Shown here in pieces: positions 48,951-57,990 of a DNA stretch of 64,000 bases (its first letter is position 1; the number at the start of each line of letters is the position of its first letter). The DNA is from an uncultured Gammaproteobacteria bacterium (lineage in GTDB: Bacteria; Patescibacteriota; Microgenomatia; UBA8517): assembly GCA_964458085.1 (NCBI GenBank), contig CAYWFF010000001.1, positions 890 through 64,889 on the forward strand, written 5' to 3'. A program made the position numbers and the translations under genes. A model generated the notes under the pieces. That model was not told the origin of the DNA. It ran no database searches and was given only the letters and a program-made list of their open reading frames with translations.

Positions 48951-50546
48951 TCAACTCGCTCTTGCTTCAATATCTTCAAGCTCATTTTGAACCCATTCTT
49001 GGTTAACTTCAATGTCTTTGTTTAGCAAATACTTTTCTTTATTTTCTAATTCAAATTCCCAATGTCCCATTTCAACCGCCCGAAAAGTCTGAAGTATACT
49101 TTCCACATCTGAATTGTGTGTGTTAATAAACAATTCAATTTCACTTTTAGCTCGTTCAATAGTTCCAAAGGGATTTTTGGGATTACTGCTTAATAGCTCT
49201 CCATCATAATGATTATCACTAATTGTTTCTGTTAAAGCTATTCTTTCCTTTATCTCTTTAATTTTGTTTGTGGCATTAGTCACAAATTCTATAAGTGCAT
49301 CTTCATAATCTTTTTTGGATATTTTTACGTCTGCCATATCGCTTTTAAACCAATCTTTGTTTACTTTTACAGGTAACAAAGTAGTCAAAATTGTTACTAT
49401 AAATGATTGCTGTTGTCGGTATCTTTTAATAAGATATTCATCATGAGGGGAGGAGACAACAATAGCTTGTCTGCTTCTTTCTTCTTTTTCTGTAAGGTTT
49501 ATATCCCCTGGATATACAATACCCTTTGTGTCAGTGTACCTTAGCTCTATGCAGTCTTCACTTAGAGGGTTATAGCCTCTATCTTTTTCTCCAGGCTCTC
49601 CAGCATATTTCTGATATCTTCTATCCCAATCATAATAACTTCCAGCCTCAATACCTTCCACCTCTTTGATACTCCACTTTTTAGCTTTACGATCATAATG
49701 TCTAATCTTTCCTGTTGCTTTAACAAGCTCACCATCGATGACTGCTTTTTTTATCCTCTCTTTTTGTTCATCTATAGCTTTTTGCCAAGTTTCATACTCT
49801 TTCTTGCTTGGTTTTTCTAATGCATGTGCTTTTTCTTTTAGAACAATATCTTTAAGCTCATCATCTGACTTACCAACATACTCTTTATACTCTTTCCAAA
49901 GATAAGGCTCTTCACCTATCTTGTCTTTGAATCTCTTATAATTATCTGCTCCGTTTTTTAATCTATTTGTAGCTTTACTTATCAGCTCTTCTTTAGTTTT
50001 CCCATATCTGTCCATCCACCATAAATATTCATCCAAAAGTTCAAATTCTTCGTCTAGCTTTTCTTTTACTTTCAGCTTGTAGAATGCTTCTTGTTTGGCC
50101 AAACCATGCCTCCCATCTATTTGTAAAACCTCTTTTTTAATGGATTTTTTTGCCCTTTTAATCGCTTCGTTATATTCAGTTTTTGTCACAATTACAGGAA
50201 TATTTTCAACATACTCAATTGCTTTATTTAGAATTGGAGATATCGAAAGCAGATAAGTTAAAGGTGAAATTTGTTTTTTATATAAGTTTAATTCTAATAA
50301 AAGAATTTCAATTGTCGGTAGAAGTCTAGTCCACACTTCTTCTTTAAGGGAAATGTAGAAATTATATTTTTCAACTTGTTCATTTGGGCATGCTGAAACA
50401 ATAGTCTTTATTTGACTCTGAACCTCTGGAGGGAGCTCACCATTATTTACCTTGTCAAATGCTTCCATTTGAAGTTTGACTATTAGCTTTGCTCTTTCTT
50501 TTGGTGTCATGAATATAGACACTTTGTTTATATTTAGGTTTCTCAT
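48951..50546 (-). CDS. hypothetical protein (element-encoded)
   Basis: 531-aa K/E-rich ORF. Confidence 0.4.
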   Translation of the reverse strand: MRNLNINKVSIFMTPKERAKLIVKLQMEAFDKVNNGELPPEVQSQIKTIVSACPNEQVEKYNFYISLKEEVWTRLLPTIEILLLELNLYKKQISPLTYLLSISPILNKAIEYVENIPVIVTKTEYNEAIKRAKKSIKKEVLQIDGRHGLAKQEAFYKLKVKEKLDEEFELLDEYLWWMDRYGKTKEELISKATNRLKNGADNYKRFKDKIGEEPYLWKEYKEYVGKSDDELKDIVLKEKAHALEKPSKKEYETWQKAIDEQKERIKKAVIDGELVKATGKIRHYDRKAKKWSIKEVEGIEAGSYYDWDRRYQKYAGEPGEKDRGYNPLSEDCIELRYTDTKGIVYPGDINLTEKEERSRQAIVVSSPHDEYLIKRYRQQQSFIVTILTTLLPVKVNKDWFKSDMADVKISKKDYEDALIEFVTNATNKIKEIKERIALTETISDNHYDGELLSSNPKNPFGTIERAKSEIELFINTHNSDVESILQTFRAVEMGHWEFELENKEKYLLNKDIEVNQEWVQNELEDIEARAS

Positions 50547-50548
50547 GA

Positions 50549-50923
50549 TTATTTTCTTTTTACGGTCTTTCGTTGCATAAGAATACTTTCAATCATTTCA
50601 ATACGGCCATCTAAGTTTGCTGTTTCCATGGCTTTTAATGTATGGCTGCAAATATAAGCAATTGTGTTGGCTACATTAGGAGGTATAGAGCCGTTCCTTA
50701 CTCCATTTATAGTTTCCTCAAGAATCTCAACAACATCACTTGGCGTTTTTACATCTCGTTCTGGTAAAGATAATCTATCTCTTTTCGATGATTTTCCTCC
50801 TTTAACCACAGCCAAACTATGATCTTCTTTAGTGTCTGGGTTGTGAGCAAAGCAATAGTTCGATTTTTTCATAGCATTAGCACCACACCTTTCTCCGTTA
50901 GTTTTTGTATAAGTACATTTCAT
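50549..50923 (-). CDS. hypothetical protein with N-terminal Cys/His cluster
   Basis: MKCTYTKTNGERCGANAMKKSNYCFAH. Confidence 0.35.
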   Translation of the reverse strand: MKCTYTKTNGERCGANAMKKSNYCFAHNPDTKEDHSLAVVKGGKSSKRDRLSLPERDVKTPSDVVEILEETINGVRNGSIPPNVANTIAYICSHTLKAMETANLDGRIEMIESILMQRKTVKRK

Positions 50924-51435
50924 AAATTTCCTCCTTGTTTATTAGCAACTCTAATGGGGGTAGGGGGTAACTCTTCCTTCTTAGACCACTCGCAATCCTG
51001 TCCAAATATTTCCTTTACTGTGTCTAACAATTGATTTTCATCCATAAAATAAAGCATTTCTCGCTTTCTTCCTTCGTCTTCAATTCTTTCAATAAGTTTT
51101 AATGCTGCCTCGAATTTTTTAACTTTCTCTTTTTTCTCATCATCGTCAAGCAACGTTCTTTCTCCGATTTCTTTATCAAGAGTATCTGCAAACGTTTTAG
51201 CTTCTACATATCTTTCTAATAGAATCTCACCTGGCCATTCTTGTAAATATCTAACATCTTTATATTTTGCCTCGTTTTCAGCTTGTTCTATCAAGTCTGT
51301 CAGCCTTTTTTCAAGTGTTGCAATTGTTTCCATGCGTGCTCCTGCTTTTTTTGCTACCTTTATGTTTGATTTTGCCTGTTTAATAGCCTTGTTTAACTCA
51401 GTAGACATCTTTGTTGACGATTGGTAGACGTTCAT
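50920..51435 (-). CDS. hypothetical coiled-coil protein
   Basis: 171-aa ORF. Confidence 0.35.
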   Translation of the reverse strand: MNVYQSSTKMSTELNKAIKQAKSNIKVAKKAGARMETIATLEKRLTDLIEQAENEAKYKDVRYLQEWPGEILLERYVEAKTFADTLDKEIGERTLLDDDEKKEKVKKFEAALKLIERIEDEGRKREMLYFMDENQLLDTVKEIFGQDCEWSKKEELPPTPIRVANKQGGNL

Positions 51436-51638
51436 GTTTATTTAATCCTCCTTGTTTTCGGAACAAATTGATAATTCGGGTAGACGTTAGTATTTATAGA
51501 GATATACAAGAAGCACTCACCAAAATGACATCTGCCTACTAGTATTTGTCTAGAAACCGTAATGTCTACCACTTTTCTTGTTTTATCCCTATTTTTAGGT
51601 GTATTTGTTGTTTTCATATGTCTACCTAATGTCTACCC
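51422..51638. repeat. array of GGTAGACG / CGTCTACC motifs (2 in one orientation, 3 in the other)
   Basis: tGGTAGACG 51422, gGGTAGACG 51468, aATGTCTACC 51561, ATGTCTACC 51618, ATGTCTACCC 51629. Confidence 0.45.
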
Positions 51639-53881
51639 AAACATCTCTAGATTGGGAATTCCATATCTGCGTAATAAATCTTTGACAATGCTGACTTTGA
51701 CTTTATACCTACAATAACCTCTTACTTTTCTTCCTCTTATACCAAATCTTTTAAGTGCTGCACCTACACCTCTACTGGTAAAGTACTGTCTTTGATCTAT
51801 TTCAAGATATTCGCTTGCTTTATCTTTTATCTCTTTGTTTTCAAGTTCTACTGTTTCCTGTTGACCAACAAGTTCTCTTAATGCAATTAGGACTGCGGAG
51901 TCAAAATCATCAAGGTCGACACTAGAGGTTTCTTCTGCTCTTCTTATTGCCTCATCTCTTATGTTTTCAAAAGTTCCTGGAAGCTCTGTATCTATTATTT
52001 TTGCAATAGAGAGTAGGGGTTTCCAAAGCTCGTTTTGGCGGTTAAGTAATGCGTTTACTTTAGAATCTGAGCTATATATTTTTGCTATCTTTTCGGAATA
52101 ATCCAGTGAAAATGAGTATAAAAGATTTCTTAGATAACTCCAGTCTTCAGACCCTTCTGTAACAGCGGTATTTCCTTTATCTGGGTTATTGGTTCTTACC
52201 ATTGTTAGGGTAATTGACCTGTCTTCTAACACATCATCAAGTCCTGATATGTTGGCAATGGCTTTAGGGCTATAGATTTCAAACGCCTCAATATCAAAGT
52301 TGCCTTTTTTGTTTTTTGTGGTTCTGTATGCAGGTGCTCCTCTTTTGTAGCCTGAATTTAACAATTCCCTTAATTCTTGTTTTCTTGTCTTATCTGAAAG
52401 CTGTTCACCTTCATCAAGTGCCAGTGTCGGTCTTTTTGCTTCAACCAATCTAAAGAGCACTGCAGGAGAGATATTACTTGATATGATTGCGTTAAATGCT
52501 AATTTTTCAATAATAAGAAGTGTTTTGGTTTTTCCACTTCGTTTTACTCCAACAAGGTATAAATACGGATACGCATCAAAAACAGGGAAACAATATGTTC
52601 CCATCAGCCAAAGAGCAATAATATCTGCATCATTCTCATCTCTGAAATCTACAAATTTTTTTAACACTTCTTTTATTTCTATAAAGGCAAGGGAAGGAGA
52701 AACTTTATCTTTATTGACTAGAAACTTGTTAATATCTTCTACTTTCCATCTCTGAATGTTGTTTGGAACAAGTGATACGTCACGTAGACTGTATGTCTTA
52801 TTTTCAAAATCTATATAACCATGTCGGTTTTTGTCTATTCCAACTTGTTTATTGCTAGTAATTACAACTACAGCTTTAGATTTCTCATCATCTACTTGAA
52901 CTGGTAGCTCGAATGTATAAAACAATTTGCTGTCTTTATAGTCTACGGCAGGATGAATTTTCGAATCTGACTCTTCATTTAGTAGCTTCACTTTAGGTTT
53001 ATGAGACTTAGCTTCATCAAGCAATTTTTGAAAGTCATCAGCAGAATGTCCTTGCTTCACAAAAAAGTCTGTTAAGTCTACTTTTTCTTCACCGTTTTTA
53101 GGAAGTTTAACAATCCTGGCTCTGTCACCAATAAAACTTGCTACTTTTTTAGCACCTGATACACCTGCTTCATCAGTATCAAAACAAATATATATTTGTT
53201 TTACACTTTCGAACTCTTTTACCCACTCTTTTTTAAAAGTACTTGCACCTGCAGTACTGCTTACGGAAGGAAAGCCGTTTTGCGTGGCTATTATAGCGTC
53301 AAACTCACCTTCACAGATAACTATGTAGGAATGGTTATTCTCTAGTGCCACACTATTAAAGATCGAGGCTTTACCACCTTTTTCATTCCAATATTTTTGT
53401 CCCTTATTCTTTTTTGGATCACGGCGGTGACGAAGGTTTACTAAAACATTATTAACAAACACGGGAAGTACGATACTTTCTCCATCCCATCCGATTCTAA
53501 ACTTGTTTATGGTTTCTTCAGTAAGTCCACGCTCTTTGAGTAAATACTCTTTTATACTGTTGGGTATGTTTTGATGATAGTTGTCAACATTTTTAATGCT
53601 AAAGTTTTTTTTCTTTAGCTTTACTTTATATTCAATTCCCCTGTTAATTACCTGTTTTTCAAGTTGAGGCAGGTTATTATCTCCAAGTTTTTCAGTTATG
53701 TTCTGCCAACTGCCTTTAGCTCCACAGCGATGACAAATATAACATCCATCAGCGTTGTTGATATATAAATGCTTTTTTTATCATCACAGAATAAGCATTG
53801 TATTTGTGCTTCTTTGCCTTCGGACACAATTTTGTGTGGTATACTTTTTGCTGACAAGTATTGTTCTACGTTTTGATACAT
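51633..53881 (-). pseudogene. DnaG-type primase (zinc-binding + Toprim) fused to P-loop NTPase, frameshifted within an A7 homopolymer (about 53773-53779)
   Basis: Toprim VICEGEFDAIIATQNGF and Walker A GVKRSGKTKT in 51633-53462 ORF; upstream in-frame extension encodes ...KKHLYINNADGCYICHRCGAKG up to a TAA at 53778-53780; the 53696-53971 ORF in another frame encodes ...QCLFCDDKKSIYI; joining at the A-run restores a CxxC-x16-CxxCHxCG primase zinc ribbon. Confidence 0.6.
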
Positions 53882-53931
53882 AAGTCTTGGCGGAGGAGAG
53901 GAAGGGTTAGTCCCTCTCCTCCAAAGAAAAA

Positions 53932-54333
53932 CTATTTTTTGGCTGGCATTACTTTTGATATGTCCTGCCAACCTTGTTCATCTCCTGGTCGGTCTTCAAC
54001 CAGAATTTGACAATTTGTCTCCACTAACTCCTCAAGGTCAACCTCTTCACTTGGACTAGGTTCTCTGCCTAATAATGCAGTTACTATACGAAACAGTTTT
54101 GAACTGGTATCAGGTGTTTTACCTTTTGTGAGCTTTGCAGAAGCTGCAAGAGAGCGTTTTGTACCTTCTTGTTCTCCAGAGTTAATTTCAAACTCTAAAA
54201 GAACATAAGAACCATATTTACCCTCCTCTTTATGCTCCCATCCAGTGAATTTTGCAGGATACACTCCTACAGGAATTGGTTCTGGAGCTTGTGGCTCTTT
54301 AACAGTAAATTTTCCTTCAGCCATTGCCGTCAC
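53932..54333 (-). CDS. hypothetical protein
   Basis: 133-aa ORF. Confidence 0.35.
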   Translation of the reverse strand: MTAMAEGKFTVKEPQAPEPIPVGVYPAKFTGWEHKEEGKYGSYVLLEFEINSGEQEGTKRSLAASAKLTKGKTPDTSSKLFRIVTALLGREPSPSEEVDLEELVETNCQILVEDRPGDEQGWQDISKVMPAKK

Positions 54334-54646
54334 CTCCTTTCGATGGCTCTTGATCTAATAAATCTGATGATTGTTCTTCTGGACGTAAGAGTTGTGTAGC
54401 CTTTACTGATATTGCAGTCTGGATTTTTTCTCCAACCTTTTCATTTATGGGGTAGAAGATAGGAATCTGCTTTCCATTCTTAAGAACCTTTGTTGGATAT
54501 ACGCACCTGAACCCTGAACCATCTCTTTTGGTGAAGACTGCGATATTTCCTACGAAATATTTACTGTCTAACACACAGCTTGCAAAAAATGTTAGTCCTC
54601 CTTTTGCTTTAATCGGTAATAGTTCTATTTCAGTTATTTTTGTCAT
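54317..54646 (-). CDS. spoVG: SpoVG-family nucleic-acid-binding protein
   Basis: ITEIELLPIKAKGGLTFFASCVLDSKYFVGNIAVF...FRCVYPTK...IFYPINEKVGEKIQTAI follows the SpoVG pattern (VTDVRL..GxxRAxASITLDxEFVVHDIRVI..FVAMPS...HPIN). Confidence 0.55.
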   Translation of the reverse strand: MTKITEIELLPIKAKGGLTFFASCVLDSKYFVGNIAVFTKRDGSGFRCVYPTKVLKNGKQIPIFYPINEKVGEKIQTAISVKATQLLRPEEQSSDLLDQEPSKGGDGNG

Positions 54647-54878
54647 ACTTTTTTACCTCCTCTTCAGCAAGTTTTCTGTCATACCACTCAAGCAGAAGTT
54701 CTGCTAGTGGCCTAAATGATCCACTTGCGGTCTCAATTTCTTTCTTCTTTATTTTCTGGACTTCTTGTCCAACAATTTTTTTAAACTTTTTAGTATTCAT
54801 TGTTTCACTTATTCACTACTTGACTGTTTATAGAGTAAAGGAGGAAAAGTGAAAATATAGGTAAAGTACTGAAGTAAA

Positions 54879-54984
54879 AATGAAGATTTTGGTTCACTGT
54901 AGAATAGATGATTTTATTGATGAGCGTAAAGTATGAAGATTTCGGTTCAAATTTTTATCTTCATCCGATCAAAATATGAAGCTT
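54879..54984. repeat. iteron-like direct repeats ATGAAGATTT(T/C)GGTTCA x2 (+ partial third)
   Basis: copies at 54879-54897 and 54932-54949, partial at 54975-54984; between 614-aa gene and SpoVG gene. Confidence 0.4.
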
Positions 54985-56827
54985 AGTTTATATCTATCTT
55001 ATATGACCCTTTATAAAAACCTTTTGCTTTATTGATCTCTATTTTTCCGTTAACTTCAGGGAAATTTCGCTTTAAACCGTCAAGTATTAACCTTCTTATT
55101 TTTGGTGCATATTCTACTCCCTCTCTTACTTTTCGTGTACTGGAGTAGCTATTTTTTTGTGACAGATTCCATATTGTTACCATTCGCTTTTTTTCAACTC
55201 TAACATTTTCAACAAATTCTTTAAAAACTTTAAACCAAGGAGTGTTAATTGACACTGGCTTAGAAAACCCTAATCCAGGATAGTGTATCTTAGCTTGGTT
55301 TCTGGATTCTCTAATTATAGTAATTTTATCAAACTTAGCTATCGTGCCTTGATCGTTAAAATCTTCATCTCCTTGGTTTGATTCTGTGATAGTTTCTTCG
55401 TCAGTTGTGTCAGTTGGTACATCAATGTTTTGTTTTCCTGACCTTAATTCCCACAGTATCTCGCTTAATAAAGTTTCCTTTGTATCTCTTATTGGAAAAG
55501 TAGCATAAACCCTATTTGGCTCTATAAGATTAGGTATTTTCGCTGACATGTCCATAGCCTGTCTCACACTATCCAGGAAGCCGTTCGGAAGTTCAAACTG
55601 AAATCTCTTCGCTATTTCATTTAACTCTTTTTGTATATTCTGGTAGGGTACTAATGAACGTTGGATATCAGGCATCATTTCTGAAATTCTCTTTTCAACC
55701 AGTCCACTCATTTTCTGCATCTCCTTGTACAAACCCATCCTAGATAAAATATAGCGGTGTAGCCGTTTTAGCCATGTCTCGAATTTTTTTCGATTAAGAT
55801 ATACAGTTGCTCTACCCTCTACAATTGAATTAATCTCAGATCTATAAATATCGCTAATGGCATCGTCTTTAGGAAAATAGTATTCTTTGTTAATTTCATA
55901 TACACCTGCAGCTATTCGAGTTATGTTGTAGTGAGCCCACCAAACAGTATTTTCTCTTATCTTTTTAAACTTTTCCCATTCTTTATGTGCTGCTGAATAT
56001 TCTTTAAATAGTTTTGGAGTATTAGTATCTTGAATTAAATGCTTTTTTATAAGATTCCTTTTACCTTCGTTCACAAATCTTTCTATTAGCTCTCTATAAG
56101 GTGTGTAAAAGTAGTCCAATTCTTCATCGAAGAAGGACGTTTCTAAATCTTGTATTCTTGCTTTTAGTTGAGCTATTTGGCTAATAAAAGGACTAGTTGG
56201 ATCATCCTTGAGTCCTGCCCTGGCTGCTTTTCCTAGCAAGTCTTTAGAAAGAGGAACAAGTTTGTTGTAAAATTCATTTCTTTTATCTCTATAGCTTGCC
56301 AAGTCTTTCTGAGAATCATCTTTTAATGAAGCTAGCAAGGACGATAACACATCACTCTCAATTAGATACTTTCCGTAATCAGCTAATTTAATAAAAAATT
56401 GGTCTTCTTTTTGTTCTTCAGTTATTTCTTCATATTTTGTTTCTAAGTCAGAAATTAAAGTTTCAGCGAACTCCTTCTTACTTATTTGGATTTTAGTCTT
56501 ATCATTCGGAGAGTATTTTTTATATACCTCATCGAATTTGGGTTGGAGGATTTCAAGATCAAACTCTCTTGCATTATCCCATTGGAATTCGAGGCCGTAA
56601 CGTTCGCTCTCACTGCGTTTTGTAATTATCTTAATTGCTCCTAATTCTTGAAGTTTTTTTAAAATAGCAATTTTTCTTCTCCTGGGTATTATGCCTACTC
56701 CGACAACTTTTCCAATTACAAATTTAACAGGTTTACCTTTTTCTGTAGCTAAAGCCTCTTCTTTAATCTTTTGTAGGATTTCCCACACTTGTTCATTAAA
56801 TTTTTCTTCAGGGTCACTTTTTCCCAC
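54983..56827 (-). CDS. hypothetical large protein (possible replication initiator)
   Basis: 614-aa K/E-rich ORF next to iteron-like repeats; no motif recognised. Confidence 0.35.
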   Translation of the reverse strand: MGKSDPEEKFNEQVWEILQKIKEEALATEKGKPVKFVIGKVVGVGIIPRRRKIAILKKLQELGAIKIITKRSESERYGLEFQWDNAREFDLEILQPKFDEVYKKYSPNDKTKIQISKKEFAETLISDLETKYEEITEEQKEDQFFIKLADYGKYLIESDVLSSLLASLKDDSQKDLASYRDKRNEFYNKLVPLSKDLLGKAARAGLKDDPTSPFISQIAQLKARIQDLETSFFDEELDYFYTPYRELIERFVNEGKRNLIKKHLIQDTNTPKLFKEYSAAHKEWEKFKKIRENTVWWAHYNITRIAAGVYEINKEYYFPKDDAISDIYRSEINSIVEGRATVYLNRKKFETWLKRLHRYILSRMGLYKEMQKMSGLVEKRISEMMPDIQRSLVPYQNIQKELNEIAKRFQFELPNGFLDSVRQAMDMSAKIPNLIEPNRVYATFPIRDTKETLLSEILWELRSGKQNIDVPTDTTDEETITESNQGDEDFNDQGTIAKFDKITIIRESRNQAKIHYPGLGFSKPVSINTPWFKVFKEFVENVRVEKKRMVTIWNLSQKNSYSSTRKVREGVEYAPKIRRLILDGLKRNFPEVNGKIEINKAKGFYKGSYKIDIN

Positions 56828-56990
56828 TTCTTCAATACCTTTCTTGGCAGGTATTTTACCATTTTTTCGATCTCAATCTTTAGCATTATTTGTATTATAC
56901 AAAGCCGTTCTTTTTTCTTGATACAGATAACTTTACAAAATCTGTTTTTCCATATGATTTAAGAATTAATTTTTTATACAATTAAAATCA

Positions 56991-57932
56991 ATGTTGGTAT
57001 CTATTTTAATCTTCTGCTTTGCATTCGCACTTCTTTGGGTTGGTTCTGGATTGGCAATCTCTGCTGTTACCAGGCTTTCAAGAAGCTTTAGGATGTCAGG
57101 TTTTTCAACCTCTTTTTTAATGCTTGGCCTCTTTACCTCGTTTTCCGAAATTGCCGTTGGTGTTAATGCATTTATTGATAAAGAACATGAAATATTTGTG
57201 GGTAACTTGATAGGAAGCTCGGTAGTGGTATTTCTTTTTATCACCCCCTTATTAGCCTTTTTAGGGAGAGGACTTAAGCTAAACCATAATTTTTCGTACA
57301 AGGATTTGATATCAGCTCTTTTTGTAATTGGCATGCCTGCACTTCTTAGTTTAGATAGACGCATAGGTATTATCGATGCAATAGTTTGTGTTTCTATTTA
57401 TTCATACTTTTTTTATATGAGAGACCGTGGGTTCAAATCAATCAGAAAGATAGTTTCCATTAAATTAACTAACACTCAACTTCATCTGCAATTATTAAAG
57501 ATACTTACAGGTATAGGTCTTCTACTTTATGCAAGCAATCTATTGGTAACCCAAACAGTTGTTTTAGGAGAAAGTCTTAATATCTCTACCTTTTTTATAA
57601 GCCTGCTTGTTATATCAGTTGGAACTAATATTCCTGAAATAGCTGTAGCGATTCGTTCGGTTTTAGCTCACAAGAACGATATAGCATTTGGTAACTATGT
57701 AGGATCTTCTGCCCTCAATACCTTAGAGCTTGGAGTTCTTACCTTGGGAACAAGAGGAACAATTCATCTCACACAAAGCTCACCGTTCAGTCTGGTAATT
57801 TTCCTTATAGGACTTGGAGTTTTTGCATATCTTGCAAAAAGTAAAAACGACCTATCGCGAAATGAGGCAAAAATTCTATTGCTTTTCTATTTTGCATTTA
57901 TAACATTTGAGGTAATAAAAGCGGTTGAATAA
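56991..57932 (+). CDS. CaCA-family cation/Ca2+ antiporter
   Basis: two alpha-repeat motifs GNLIGSS and GNYVGSSALN in a 10-TM layout. Confidence 0.7.
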   Translation: MLVSILIFCFAFALLWVGSGLAISAVTRLSRSFRMSGFSTSFLMLGLFTSFSEIAVGVNAFIDKEHEIFVGNLIGSSVVVFLFITPLLAFLGRGLKLNHNFSYKDLISALFVIGMPALLSLDRRIGIIDAIVCVSIYSYFFYMRDRGFKSIRKIVSIKLTNTQLHLQLLKILTGIGLLLYASNLLVTQTVVLGESLNISTFFISLLVISVGTNIPEIAVAIRSVLAHKNDIAFGNYVGSSALNTLELGVLTLGTRGTIHLTQSSPFSLVIFLIGLGVFAYLAKSKNDLSRNEAKILLLFYFAFITFEVIKAVE

Positions 57933-57990
57933 ATGATTCAGTCAAAATTTTGGTTTGGTATATAAACTTAGTATACAATCTTAGTAGGTT

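Larger units (their letters stand above)
41374..56900. mobile_element. integrated element adjacent to/overlapping tRNA 3' end; two large serine recombinases, replication module, cargo genes (right boundary approximate)
   Basis: recombinase stop overlaps last 12 nt of tRNA; region appears AT-richer by eye; primase/P-loop gene, SpoVG, repeat arrays; no attR duplicate found. Confidence 0.5.

Noticed and set aside
56830-56990. attR / duplicated tRNA 3' end marking the right boundary of the integrated element
   Set aside because: No copy of the tRNA 3' segment (GGTTCGAGCCCTACCCGGGGAG or parts of it) could be found here or near 47.2 kb. The boundary is left approximate.
56966-57364. 132-aa minus-strand ORF
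   Set aside because: It overlaps the N-terminal third of the well-supported CaCA antiporter gene on the other strand and has no motif support.
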